NCBI GenBank assembly: GCA_031398325.1
Contig: JANNNB010000054.1
Location: 1,079 to 65,078 of the forward strand
Reading direction: 5' to 3'
From: Actinomycetes bacterium
GTDB lineage: Bacteria > Actinomycetota > Acidimicrobiia > Acidimicrobiales > Ilumatobacteraceae
DNA: 64,000 nucleotides
In this document: positions 46,633 through 55,471 of the stretch, piece after piece
Numbering within the stretch: position 1 is the first letter of the stretch
Layout: each line of letters begins with the position of its first letter
The notes under the pieces: generated by a model
Seen by the model: the letters and a program-made list of their open reading frames with translations, nothing else
Database searches by the model: none
What the model was told of the DNA's origin: nothing
Program-made: the position numbers and the translations under genes

Positions 46633-47505
46633 ATGACCGATCAGCCGATCCGGCTCGCGACTCGTGGTTCGCGCCAGGCGATGGCCCAGGCGACCACCAT
46701 CGCCTCGGCGATCGAAGCCGCGACCGGTGTCACCGTCGAGTTCGTCCTCATCGAGACGACGGGCGACCAACGGCTCGACGTGCCGCTCCACACCATGGGC
46801 GGGCAGGGTGTGTTCGTCAAAGAGGTCCAACGAGCCGTGCTCGACGGAGATGCCGACATCGCGGTCCATTCCGCGAAGGACCTGCCCTCGACGCCGGCGG
46901 ACGGGTTGACGATCGCCGCCTTCAGCGCTCGGCGCGACGCGTCGGACGCTTTGGTCGGTGCCCGACTGGACGACTTGGATGAGGGCGCCACCGTTGCGAG
47001 CGGCTCGGTGCGACGGCGTGCGCAGCTCGCCCAGGTACGGCCCGATCTCACCTTCGTCGAACTTCGCGGCAACATCGACACCCGCCTCTCGAAGATCCCC
47101 GATGGCGGCGCGATCGTGATGGCGGTCGCGGCCCTCCAGATCCTCGGTCTGACCGACCGGATCGCGGAGCACCTCTCGATCGACGACTTCGTGCCGGCGG
47201 TCGGGCAGGGCTGCGTCGCGGTCGAGTGTCGTCTCGGCGACCAGCGAACCGCTGCATTCGTCGCCCAGGTCGACGACGCCGCGACACGACATGCGGTCGA
47301 GGTCGAGCGAGCGTTCCTCGCCGAGCTGGGCTCGGGTTGTTCGTTGCCCGTTGGTGCTCACGCGGTCGAGGGCACGCTGCGCACCTTTCTCGCCGATCCC
47401 GACCGTGGTGTCGCCGTCGGACACCGTCTGACCCTCGACGGCAGCGCAGACGACCTCGTCGTGGCCGCGCAGGCCGCCCGGTCCGCCGTCGTCGAACTCG
47501 GGTGA
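46633..47505 (+). CDS. hemC: Hydroxymethylbilane synthase (porphobilinogen deaminase)
   Basis: IRLATRGSRQAMAQA, GGQGVFVKEVQ, DIAVHSAKDLP, RGNIDTRL, GSGCSLPVGA. Confidence 0.9.
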   Translation: MTDQPIRLATRGSRQAMAQATTIASAIEAATGVTVEFVLIETTGDQRLDVPLHTMGGQGVFVKEVQRAVLDGDADIAVHSAKDLPSTPADGLTIAAFSARRDASDALVGARLDDLDEGATVASGSVRRRAQLAQVRPDLTFVELRGNIDTRLSKIPDGGAIVMAVAALQILGLTDRIAEHLSIDDFVPAVGQGCVAVECRLGDQRTAAFVAQVDDAATRHAVEVERAFLAELGSGCSLPVGAHAVEGTLRTFLADPDRGVAVGHRLTLDGSADDLVVAAQAARSAVVELG

Positions 47506-47692
47506 CCACCGAACCGCACCCGGTCACGACCCGCCGGCCAGGCAGTGCGTGAACAACGTGCGCACCCGCAGCGCACAGTGTTCATGCCGTCGTCGGGAAC
47601 TGTTCGTCTCGGGGGTGCGTCGTCTGCGTCGTCGTGTGGCATCGTGCGGGCATGAGGGACTCGGGCGAGCGCAGGCCGATGGGCGTCGGGCC

Positions 47693-48436
47693 ATGAGCGC
47701 GTCGGCGGGTCCGCTCGCCGGCAAGCGCGTGCTCGTGACCCGGGAGCGGCCCGGTGAATTGGGCGAGATGCTCGAAGCCCGCGGTGCCTTCGTCGTCCAC
47801 GCGCCGCTGATCGCGGCCGGCGATCCGGACGACGGCGGACTCGGCCTGCGCAACGAACTGGAACGATTGTCGACGTTCGATTGGCTCGTGGTCACGTCGG
47901 CCGCCGGTGCCGAGCGCGTCGGCAAGGCGGCGCGTGACGCGCCCGGGGTTCGCCTCGCTGCGGTCGGCACCGCGACCGCGCGGACGCTCGGCGAGCTCGC
48001 CGGCCGTGACGTCGACCTGATTCCATCGGTCCAGACCGGCGCGGCGCTCGCTGCAGCGTTGAACGCTCGTGTCGACAACGGCATCCGGGTGCTCGTCGTG
48101 CAGGCGGACCGTGCCGCTCCGACGCTGGTCGACGTGCTCGTCGGGTCCGGCCATGAGGTGACGGCGTGCGTCGGCTACTCGACGGTGTTGCTCGACGTCG
48201 ATCCGGACGTGATCGCCGGCGCTGACGCGCTGGTGCTGGCCAGCGGCTCGTCGGCGGAGAGCTGGGTCGCTTCGGTCGGGCTGGCGACGCCACCGGTCGT
48301 GGTTGCGATCGGACCCACGACCGCAGGTGTCGCGCAGCGATTGGGGCTCAAGATCTCCTCCGTTGCTGCCGATCATTCGCTTGCGGGACTCGCGGCCGAG
48401 CTCGAGCGGCAGTTCTCTGGCACCCTCGGTGTCTGA
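47693..48436 (+). CDS. hemD: Uroporphyrinogen-III synthase (stand-alone HemD domain)
   Basis: LAGKRVLVTRERPGEL...WLVVTSAAGAE...AAVGTATARTL...VAIGPTTAG. ATG at 47693; the track extension to 47549 is Arg-rich and implausible. Confidence 0.8.
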   Translation: MSASAGPLAGKRVLVTRERPGELGEMLEARGAFVVHAPLIAAGDPDDGGLGLRNELERLSTFDWLVVTSAAGAERVGKAARDAPGVRLAAVGTATARTLGELAGRDVDLIPSVQTGAALAAALNARVDNGIRVLVVQADRAAPTLVDVLVGSGHEVTACVGYSTVLLDVDPDVIAGADALVLASGSSAESWVASVGLATPPVVVAIGPTTAGVAQRLGLKISSVAADHSLAGLAAELERQFSGTLGV

Positions 48437-48507
48437 GCTACCGGCTGGAACGGCCCGTGCCCGCAAGTTTTCCGCCGGGTGACGAGGACAGAAGGAGGCA
48501 CAGCGAC

Positions 48508-50961
48508 GTGGCAGAACAACGCGGCCGACGGCGGCTCGCTGTGCTCCTCGGCCTCGCTGGAGCGGCGGGCGTGCTGACGAGCACGAGCGCCAGCGACGTC
48601 TCGGCGCGTCCTACCATCGTCCTCGAGCAGCCCACGACCGACGGGGCAGACGTCGCGTCAGGGAGCATCCCGGCGGTGATCGGTTCGAATGCCTCGGTGT
48701 CCGGCAACGGCCGCTACTACGTGTCGCAAGGGATGCCGGCCGGTGACCCGGCCGCAGCGGACGGTCGAACGTCGACGATCTACTTCACCGACCGTGAGAC
48801 GAATGCGACGATGGAGCTCACCCCGGTTCCAGCCGGAGTGAGAGCAGGCAACAGCATCCACCCCGTCATCTCCGGCGACGGATGCAGCGTCGCGATCGTC
48901 ACCGAACTCCCGCTCGACGTCTTTCGCGACGACGACACCGGCGAGCGGTGGGACGTCTATCGGGCGCGCCTGCCCCTCTGCGGCGGCGAGTTCGGCGGTT
49001 GGGAGCTCGTGTCGACGAGAACCGACGGTACGACGTTGGCTCGCGACGACGTTTCGGTCGTCGATCCTCCTGCCATGAGCCGAAGCGGGGCGATCATCGC
49101 GTTCACGCACCCCGCCGACCACATCATCGACAGCGCTGGACTCACGACGATCAGCGTCGTCGACGTCACCGTCCCCATCGACGACGCCGAGCGTTCGCAG
49201 CTCGTCGCCGGCGCCCCGATCATCAGCCCGAACACGACCTTCGTGCACCGGGGTCTCGACCAGCCGGCACTGTCCGGCGACGGACGATTCATCGCATTCC
49301 GGTCCGACGCAGCATCCGCCGACGCCGTTCCCGGTTGGGGGAGCGGGCCCACGGCCGGCGGGCCTGCGACGCGTCAGGTCTTCGCATGGGACCGAAATGA
49401 ACTCGATCCGTTCCTGGCCGTCAAGCTCGTGTCCGGCCGATCCGACGGTTCGGCGGGGTCGGCCGACAGTTCCGCTCCGGTCATCTCGCGCGACGGCAGG
49501 GTGGTCGCGTTCGCCTCGAACGACCTCTCGCTCGCCCCGGCATCCGTGTCGGCGTGTCCCGGCGGGCGTTGCGCGACCCAGATCTACCGGGTCGACCGGG
49601 ACATCGACGAGAACAGCCGATTCGACGAACCGGGTCGAACCTCCACCCGCTTGGTCAGCGCGGTACCCGGCTCGGAGCCGCCGATCGCAGGGAACGCGAG
49701 CTCGGTCGACCCGACGATGTCAGCGGATGGGCACCTGATCGCCTTCGTCACCAAGGCAAGCAATCTGCAGCTGGTCCAGGCCGCCGGAGGTGGTGAGGCC
49801 ACCGATGGCGACCTGCTGATCTCCGACGCGGGGAGTGGTGAGTTGACCCGCTTGTCGGTCTCGACGGACGGGGTTCGCCCGGCCGTCGCTGCGCATGCTC
49901 ACCCCCACTTGAGCGAAACGGGTCGAACGGTCGTGTTCGACACGCTCGCCGCAGCGGATCTTCTCGGCGTCGCTACACCTGGTGGACGCTCGGTGGTCGC
50001 CCTCTCGAGTACCCCGAGTCTGTCGTTGGCGGAGGCCGACCTGGGCACCACGCTCGTCGGGTTCGCGAGCGACGAATGGTACGTATCGGTCATCAACGAC
50101 GGGTCATCCTCGTTCCGGCCAGCGACGGTCAAAGTCAGCGATGGTCGATTCGCGGTCAACGCCGAGGAGAGCACATGCACGCTCGATGTCCCGGTGCCGC
50201 CGGGCGGCGACTGCACGGTGGTCTTGGCGTTCACGCCGTCGTCGCCGGGCCCGGTCGCAGCGACGTTGACGGTCGCCGAGGAGGGCTATCAGGCGACGTC
50301 GGTTTCGGCGCGAGTCCGCGGTGCCGGAGGCGATCCGACCCTGCGCATCTCTCCCGCCGGCGAGGACCTCGGCCGCGTCACGGTCGGTGCGTCGAGCACG
50401 GAGTTCTTCTTCGACGCCAAGAACATCTCGATGCTGTCCACGTCCATCAGCTCGGTGACGGTCGACGGCGCGAATGCCCGTGACTTCGCCGTCACCACGA
50501 ACAACTGTGCCAATCGCCCGTTGAACTCGCGGGCGACGTGCAGTGTCGGCGTGTCCTTCACCCCGACCGGTGCCGGCCGCCGTACCGCGGTGGTCCGACT
50601 GACGACCCCGGCCGGGCAGTACACGACGATGGTGATCGCGGGTGATGGTGCCTACGAACCGAGTCTCGAGTTCCAGACCGGTCAGGTCATCGCCGGCGAC
50701 AGCATGGTGCTGATCGGTCATGGCTACGCGCCGGACACGGCGGTCTCGATCCTGTTCGGGGACGCCAGCGGTGCCCCGTTCGCCGGGCGGACGACAACCA
50801 TGGGCGACCTGCTCATCATCGTGCCGGTGCCGGTCGACGGTCGCAGCGGTGTCCGCACGGTCGTGGTGCAGGGTGCCGATGGCAGCGTCGCGTCGGCACC
50901 GATCACGATCATCCCGGTCGACACCGGTGCCGTGGGGATGCCCGGCTTCGGACTCGGCTGA
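48508..50961 (+). CDS. Secreted multi-domain protein: TolB/PD40-like beta-propeller repeats plus HYDIN/choice-of-anchor-D-like Ig domains
   Basis: GAAGGAGG lies 9 nt before the GTG at 48508. Signal peptide with RRR (Tat-like). PD40-like repeats (SGDGRFIAFRSDA, SRDGRVVAFASND, SADGHLIAFVTKASN, SETGRTVVFDT). Then CTVVLAFTPSSPGPVAATLTV and CSVGVSFTPTGAGRRTAVVRL. Confidence 0.7.
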   Translation: MAEQRGRRRLAVLLGLAGAAGVLTSTSASDVSARPTIVLEQPTTDGADVASGSIPAVIGSNASVSGNGRYYVSQGMPAGDPAAADGRTSTIYFTDRETNATMELTPVPAGVRAGNSIHPVISGDGCSVAIVTELPLDVFRDDDTGERWDVYRARLPLCGGEFGGWELVSTRTDGTTLARDDVSVVDPPAMSRSGAIIAFTHPADHIIDSAGLTTISVVDVTVPIDDAERSQLVAGAPIISPNTTFVHRGLDQPALSGDGRFIAFRSDAASADAVPGWGSGPTAGGPATRQVFAWDRNELDPFLAVKLVSGRSDGSAGSADSSAPVISRDGRVVAFASNDLSLAPASVSACPGGRCATQIYRVDRDIDENSRFDEPGRTSTRLVSAVPGSEPPIAGNASSVDPTMSADGHLIAFVTKASNLQLVQAAGGGEATDGDLLISDAGSGELTRLSVSTDGVRPAVAAHAHPHLSETGRTVVFDTLAAADLLGVATPGGRSVVALSSTPSLSLAEADLGTTLVGFASDEWYVSVINDGSSSFRPATVKVSDGRFAVNAEESTCTLDVPVPPGGDCTVVLAFTPSSPGPVAATLTVAEEGYQATSVSARVRGAGGDPTLRISPAGEDLGRVTVGASSTEFFFDAKNISMLSTSISSVTVDGANARDFAVTTNNCANRPLNSRATCSVGVSFTPTGAGRRTAVVRLTTPAGQYTTMVIAGDGAYEPSLEFQTGQVIAGDSMVLIGHGYAPDTAVSILFGDASGAPFAGRTTTMGDLLIIVPVPVDGRSGVRTVVVQGADGSVASAPITIIPVDTGAVGMPGFGLG

Positions 50962-50966
50962 ATCGC

Positions 50967-52184
50967 TCAGCCGTCGGCGGTCGACGTGAGGCCACCGAGG
51001 TTCACGGCGCTCGTGCAGGTCGTCTGCGCGGCGTCCCCGATCGAACCGCACGTGACGGAGAACGTGAGGTTGTCACCGGCGACCAACCGGATCGGGGTGA
51101 TGCGAGGCTCGAAGAACTGACCCCGGATGTTGGCGAGCGACCACACGAACAGCGGTTCACCGTTGCGCAGCAACGTCGCCGTACCGGTGTCGTTGGCGGT
51201 GTTCTCGATGCGCACGTCGGTGAGGTCGAACCGTTCGCCTTCGGGAATCGACGCAGCGGTGTCGGCAGTCTCGCCGATCGCCGGTGTCACGGAGAGGCGT
51301 AGGAAGGTTGGTTCACCGAGTTCCTCGGTCTCGACGATCACTTCGGGTGGGACGGTGGTTGCGACCACGATCCCCCCATCGGTCGGTGTGAGTTCGACGA
51401 TGCGCTCATCGACCTTGGTCTCCACGGTGTCTTCGATCGCCGGCTTCACCACGGCGAACCAACCGAGGGCCGCAGCACCGATCAACGCCACGACGCCGAG
51501 GGCCTTTGCGATCGCCGAAGCTGGGATCGTCGGCGGTTGCACGAGCGCCAACGGAGCGATGACCGGCGACAAACCCTGTCGCTGCGCCTCCACCTCGAAA
51601 TCGAGGGTTCGGGTGTGTCGGCGGAACGTCCACGGTGAGTCATGGACCTTGAGTCGAACGAGGCTGGAGGCTCCGGGCGCGACGCCGACCGCCGGCGGGT
51701 CGAACGAACCGTCGACGCGATTCGTCGGGTCGACGAGGAGCAGTCGGGCGCTCGTGACGCTGTTTCCGTGGTTCTCGACCATGAACTCGAAGGTCGCCCG
51801 GTGGCGGGCTCGTTGCACGGGCTGGAGGGTCACGATCCGACAATCGTCGAACGGGCGGACGTCGAGCGTTGCCTCGGCGACGATCGCGTCGTCCTCTGTG
51901 GAGGTCGGGATGATCCGGACCGCGATCTCCGTCGGCCCTGCCGTCGTGGTCGGCAGCAGCGGGGGGTTGACCACGACGTCGAGCACGTCCTGGGAGCCAC
52001 CGAAGAGTGTCAGGTTGCCTCGACGGACCGTGGTCCAGCTTGCCGACAGCCCGGCGGGCACGACGGAGTAGGTCTCGGTGGACTCACCGAGGTTCTGGAC
52101 GGTCAACGGCAGCGTCAGCGACTCACCCGGCGCGACGTCGATCCCATCGTAGGAAAACCAAGCCTGCACCGACACGACGCGCAC
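50967..52184 (-). CDS. Hypothetical bitopic membrane protein with CARDB/NEW3-like beta-sandwich segments
   Basis: APGESLTLPLTVQNLGESTETYSV-type segments and a central TM helix (ALGVVALIGAAALGWFAVV). The start is uncertain: GTG at 52184 is proposed because the track TTG start at 52241 lies inside a REP-like element. Confidence 0.55.
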   Translation of the reverse strand: MRVVSVQAWFSYDGIDVAPGESLTLPLTVQNLGESTETYSVVPAGLSASWTTVRRGNLTLFGGSQDVLDVVVNPPLLPTTTAGPTEIAVRIIPTSTEDDAIVAEATLDVRPFDDCRIVTLQPVQRARHRATFEFMVENHGNSVTSARLLLVDPTNRVDGSFDPPAVGVAPGASSLVRLKVHDSPWTFRRHTRTLDFEVEAQRQGLSPVIAPLALVQPPTIPASAIAKALGVVALIGAAALGWFAVVKPAIEDTVETKVDERIVELTPTDGGIVVATTVPPEVIVETEELGEPTFLRLSVTPAIGETADTAASIPEGERFDLTDVRIENTANDTGTATLLRNGEPLFVWSLANIRGQFFEPRITPIRLVAGDNLTFSVTCGSIGDAAQTTCTSAVNLGGLTSTADG

Positions 52185-52228
52185 GCTACTGGCCGAAGGC
52201 CGCGCACTGGTGCCAGCGCACCCTCCAC

Positions 52229-52275
52229 GAGCGATGAGCAAAGCGACCGACTACCGGGCCGTTCGCTCATCGCTC
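52229..52275. repeat. REP-like palindromic element, degenerate copy B1
   Basis: gagcgatgagc...ccgggccgttcgctcatcgctc. The outer 11 bp pair perfectly. The right arm differs from copy A at one position; the inner left arm is diverged. Confidence 0.65.
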
Positions 52276-52287
52276 GCGCAGCCTCGT

Positions 52288-52333
52288 GCACGGCGATGAG
52301 CCAGTGAACTGACTGTCGGGCGGTTCGCTCATG
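52288..52333. repeat. REP-like palindromic element, degenerate copy B2
   Basis: gcacggcgatgagc (14 nt identical to the copy A flank and left arm)...gtcgggcggttcgctcat (18/18 identical to the copy A right arm). The inner left arm is rearranged (cagtgaactgac). Confidence 0.7.
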
Positions 52334-52375
52334 GCCGGGGCCGGCGCCGGAGGGTGGACCGTTAGGCTCGGCGGG

Positions 52376-53383
52376 GTGCTGGACCTTCCCGTTCCGTTGC
52401 AACGTCCGCGCCGCCTTCGCCGGTCGCGGGCGATGCGCGAGCTCGTGGCCGAATCGCACCTGCGGGTCGACGACCTGATCGCCCCCCTGTTCGTCCGTGA
52501 GGGGATCGCCGAGCCGCAGCCGATCGAGTCGCTTCCCGGTGTCGTACAGCACACCAGGGCGTCGTTGCGTACCGAGGTCGAACATCTCGCGTCGCTCGGC
52601 GTCCGCTCGGTGATCCTGTTCGGTGTCCCTGCGACGAAGGACGCGGTCGGCAGCGGCTCGTGCGACCCCGACGGAGTGGTCCAGGTGTCGCTGCGCGACC
52701 TGCGCAGCGACCTCGGCGACGACATCGTCGTGATGGCAGATCTCTGCGTCGACGAGTACACCGACCACGGACACTGCGGCATCGTCGACGAGCACGGGGA
52801 TGTCGACAACGACGCGACCCTGGAGCTGTACGCGCAGGCGGCGGTCGCTCAGGCGCGAGCGGGCGCCCACGTCGTCGCCCCGAGCGGGATGATGGACGGC
52901 CAGGTCGCGGTGATCCGCACGGCGCTCGACGCCGATGGCCACGCCGACGTCGCGATCCTCGCGTACGCCGCGAAGTACGCCAGCGCCCTCTACGGGCCGT
53001 TCCGTGAGGCAGTCGACGTCAGCATCGCCGACGGCGGCGACCGCAAGGGATATCAGCAGGACTGGCGCAACATGCGTGAGGCGCGACGTGAGATCGATCT
53101 GGACATCGCCGAGGGTGCGGACATGGTGATGGTCAAGCCGGCGCTGGCATACCTGGACGTGATCGCCGACACGGCCCGACGAGTCGACGTGCCGGTCGCG
53201 GCGTATCACGTGAGCGGGGAGTACGCGATGATCCATGCCGCGGGTGAGCGGGGCTGGATCGACGCCGATGCCGTGGCGCTCGAGCACCTCGGCGCGATCA
53301 AGCGGGCCGGTGCCGACATCGTGCTGACCTACTTCACCCGCTGGTTCGCAGAATCGGTCGCCGACGGGCGGATCGCCCGATGA
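52376..53383 (+). CDS. hemB: Porphobilinogen synthase (delta-aminolevulinate dehydratase)
   Basis: RPRRLRRSRAMRELVAESHLRVDDLIAPLFVREG, VAPSGMMDG, YAAKYASALYGPFREA, MVKPALAYLDV, AYHVSGEYAM. Start is GTG at 52376 or ATG at 52331; the ATG lies within REP copy B2. Confidence 0.9.
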   Translation: MLDLPVPLQRPRRLRRSRAMRELVAESHLRVDDLIAPLFVREGIAEPQPIESLPGVVQHTRASLRTEVEHLASLGVRSVILFGVPATKDAVGSGSCDPDGVVQVSLRDLRSDLGDDIVVMADLCVDEYTDHGHCGIVDEHGDVDNDATLELYAQAAVAQARAGAHVVAPSGMMDGQVAVIRTALDADGHADVAILAYAAKYASALYGPFREAVDVSIADGGDRKGYQQDWRNMREARREIDLDIAEGADMVMVKPALAYLDVIADTARRVDVPVAAYHVSGEYAMIHAAGERGWIDADAVALEHLGAIKRAGADIVLTYFTRWFAESVADGRIAR

Positions 53384-54732
53384 CCACGATCGCGGTCTGT
53401 GATCCCGTTCGTTGCGTCGAGGCGGGCTGCACCGCGACGGTGTGTGTCGGTGCTGGCATTCCGTCGAATGCGGAACTGTTCGCCCGTTCGAAGGCCGCCA
53501 TCCCTGGCGGCGTCAATTCATCGATCCGTGCGTTCAAGGCGGTCGGCGGCGAGCCGTATGTCGTCGCCCGTGCTTCGGGGGCCACGGTCACCGACGTCGA
53601 GGGCACCACCTACCTCGATCTCGTCCAGAGCTACGGGGCGATCATCCTCGGCCATGCGCACCCTGCGGTGACCGAGGCGCTGAGCCGTGCGGCCGTCGAC
53701 GGGACGTCGTTCGGAGCTCCGACGCCACGCGAGATGAAGCTCGCCGAGGCGATCATCGAGCGGGTACCGAGCTGCGAACGGGTGCGCCTCATGAACTCCG
53801 GGACCGAGGCCACGAGCACGGCGGTGCGGCTCGCACGCGGTGCCACGGGTCGCGACCGCATCGTGACGTTCGCAGGCAACTTCCACGGTGCCACCGACGC
53901 GTTGCTCGTCGCCGGTGGCAGCGGTGTCGCGACGCTGGGTCTGCCCGGTACGGCTGGTGTGCCCCGCGGCGCGGTCGCCGAGACGATGGTCGTGCCGTAC
54001 AACCTGGTGCCGACCCTCGACGAGCAGGTCGCGGCGGTCATCGTCGAGCCGATCGCGGCGAACATGGGTGTCGTCGCACCACTTCCGGGATTCCTGGAGG
54101 GACTGCGTGCGGAATGTGACCGTGTCGGGGCGCTCCTCATCTTCGACGAGGTGATCACCGGGTTCCGGATCGGTCCAGGGGGCGCTCAGGCGAAGTACGA
54201 CGTGAAGCCTGATCTGACCTGCTTCGGCAAGGTGATCGGTGGTGGTCTTCCCATCGGTGCGGTCGGCGGGCGTCGCGATCTGATGGAGCATCTGTCGCCG
54301 CTCGGCCCCGTGTTCCACGCTGGCACGCTGGCCGGAAACCCGATGGCCACGGCTGCCGGCCTCGCCGCACTCGACCAGCTGGACGGCGACGTCTACATCG
54401 AGCTCATGGCACGCGCTCGCCATCTGTCGTCGCTGATGCGTGATGCCTGCCATTCGGCCGGACTCGTCGTGAGCTTCCCCGTCGTCGGCACCCTCTTCGG
54501 CATCGTGTGTGGCGACGCGGCCGGCGATGTGGTGAACTTCGACGACGCCAAAGGCACCGACGAAGCGATGTATGCAGCCTTCTTCCAAGCCATGCTGGCC
54601 GAAGGCGTCGCGATGGCGCCCGGTGCTTACGAGGCGATCTTCGTCGGTCTCGGCCACGACGACCGCGTGATCGCGCAGATCGCCGACGCAGCCCACTGCG
54701 CCGCAGGCGTCGTCGCTGCCAGCTCTCGCTGA
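53380..54732 (+). CDS. hemL: Glutamate-1-semialdehyde 2,1-aminomutase
   Basis: IPGGVNSSIRAF, MNSGTEATSTAVRLARG, LIFDEVITGFR, FGKVIGGGLPIGA (PLP Lys). ATGA overlap with the hemB stop. Confidence 0.9.
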   Translation: MTTIAVCDPVRCVEAGCTATVCVGAGIPSNAELFARSKAAIPGGVNSSIRAFKAVGGEPYVVARASGATVTDVEGTTYLDLVQSYGAIILGHAHPAVTEALSRAAVDGTSFGAPTPREMKLAEAIIERVPSCERVRLMNSGTEATSTAVRLARGATGRDRIVTFAGNFHGATDALLVAGGSGVATLGLPGTAGVPRGAVAETMVVPYNLVPTLDEQVAAVIVEPIAANMGVVAPLPGFLEGLRAECDRVGALLIFDEVITGFRIGPGGAQAKYDVKPDLTCFGKVIGGGLPIGAVGGRRDLMEHLSPLGPVFHAGTLAGNPMATAAGLAALDQLDGDVYIELMARARHLSSLMRDACHSAGLVVSFPVVGTLFGIVCGDAAGDVVNFDDAKGTDEAMYAAFFQAMLAEGVAMAPGAYEAIFVGLGHDDRVIAQIADAAHCAAGVVAASSR

Positions 54733-54756
54733 GATCCCAGCGATACGTTAGGCGCA

Positions 54757-55440
54757 GTGCGAGAACTCCTGTCGTGGCGTCTGGTCGCCGCCTTGGCCGC
54801 CCTGGCCGGCCTTGCGTTCCTGGCCAGTTCGATCCTGGCCGACGACGACGAATTGGCCGCCATCGTCGACCCCGCCCCCGAAGAACGTCGGATCGACCTG
54901 ATCGCTCCGGTCATCGCGCCGCTCCCCTCGGACGATTTCGAACTCGGCGACGACGGCGTGACGGTCGGCTACCTCGATCTGCTGTTGCCGGGTGACCGCA
55001 CGATGCGCGTCGCTCCGGGCACTCCGGGAGAGATCACCTGTGAGGACTTCGACCAGTTCAATGCCTGCGGCGTGTTCGCCGACGTGCTCGGTGACGCCGT
55101 GGTCTGGTTCGCGCTGGTACCCGCCGCCGGCGATCTCACCGCTGAGCTCCCACCGATCGTGGACCTCGACGAAGGGTTTGCCGTGCTCGAGAACGGCTGG
55201 CGCATCGCCTACCCGCCGGTGATCGAGCGAGATTGTGGCGACATCGACATCCCCAGCTTCAGCGACTTCCTCGAGGACTACGGTCCGGACAGTGTGTCGA
55301 TCGTCGACCTCAACCTGCAACAGGTCACCCGGGTCCGTTGCGGCGACGTCGATCCGACCGCGACGACCGCGCCCGCACCGACGTCCGTGCCGGTATCGAC
55401 GTCCGTGCCGGTATCGGCTCCGTCGCCGCAGGAAGGCTGA
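54757..55440 (+). CDS. Hypothetical membrane-anchored or secreted acidic protein
   Basis: N-terminal hydrophobic helix (LVAALAALAGLAFLASSIL). Four Cys residues. The C-terminus has a TSVPVS TSVPVS tandem, encoded by an 18-nt DNA repeat near 55378-55420. I recognise no family. Confidence 0.5.
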   Translation: MRELLSWRLVAALAALAGLAFLASSILADDDELAAIVDPAPEERRIDLIAPVIAPLPSDDFELGDDGVTVGYLDLLLPGDRTMRVAPGTPGEITCEDFDQFNACGVFADVLGDAVVWFALVPAAGDLTAELPPIVDLDEGFAVLENGWRIAYPPVIERDCGDIDIPSFSDFLEDYGPDSVSIVDLNLQQVTRVRCGDVDPTATTAPAPTSVPVSTSVPVSAPSPQEG

Positions 55441-55471
55441 CCCGCCGAGCTCGACGACGCCTGGACCGCGA

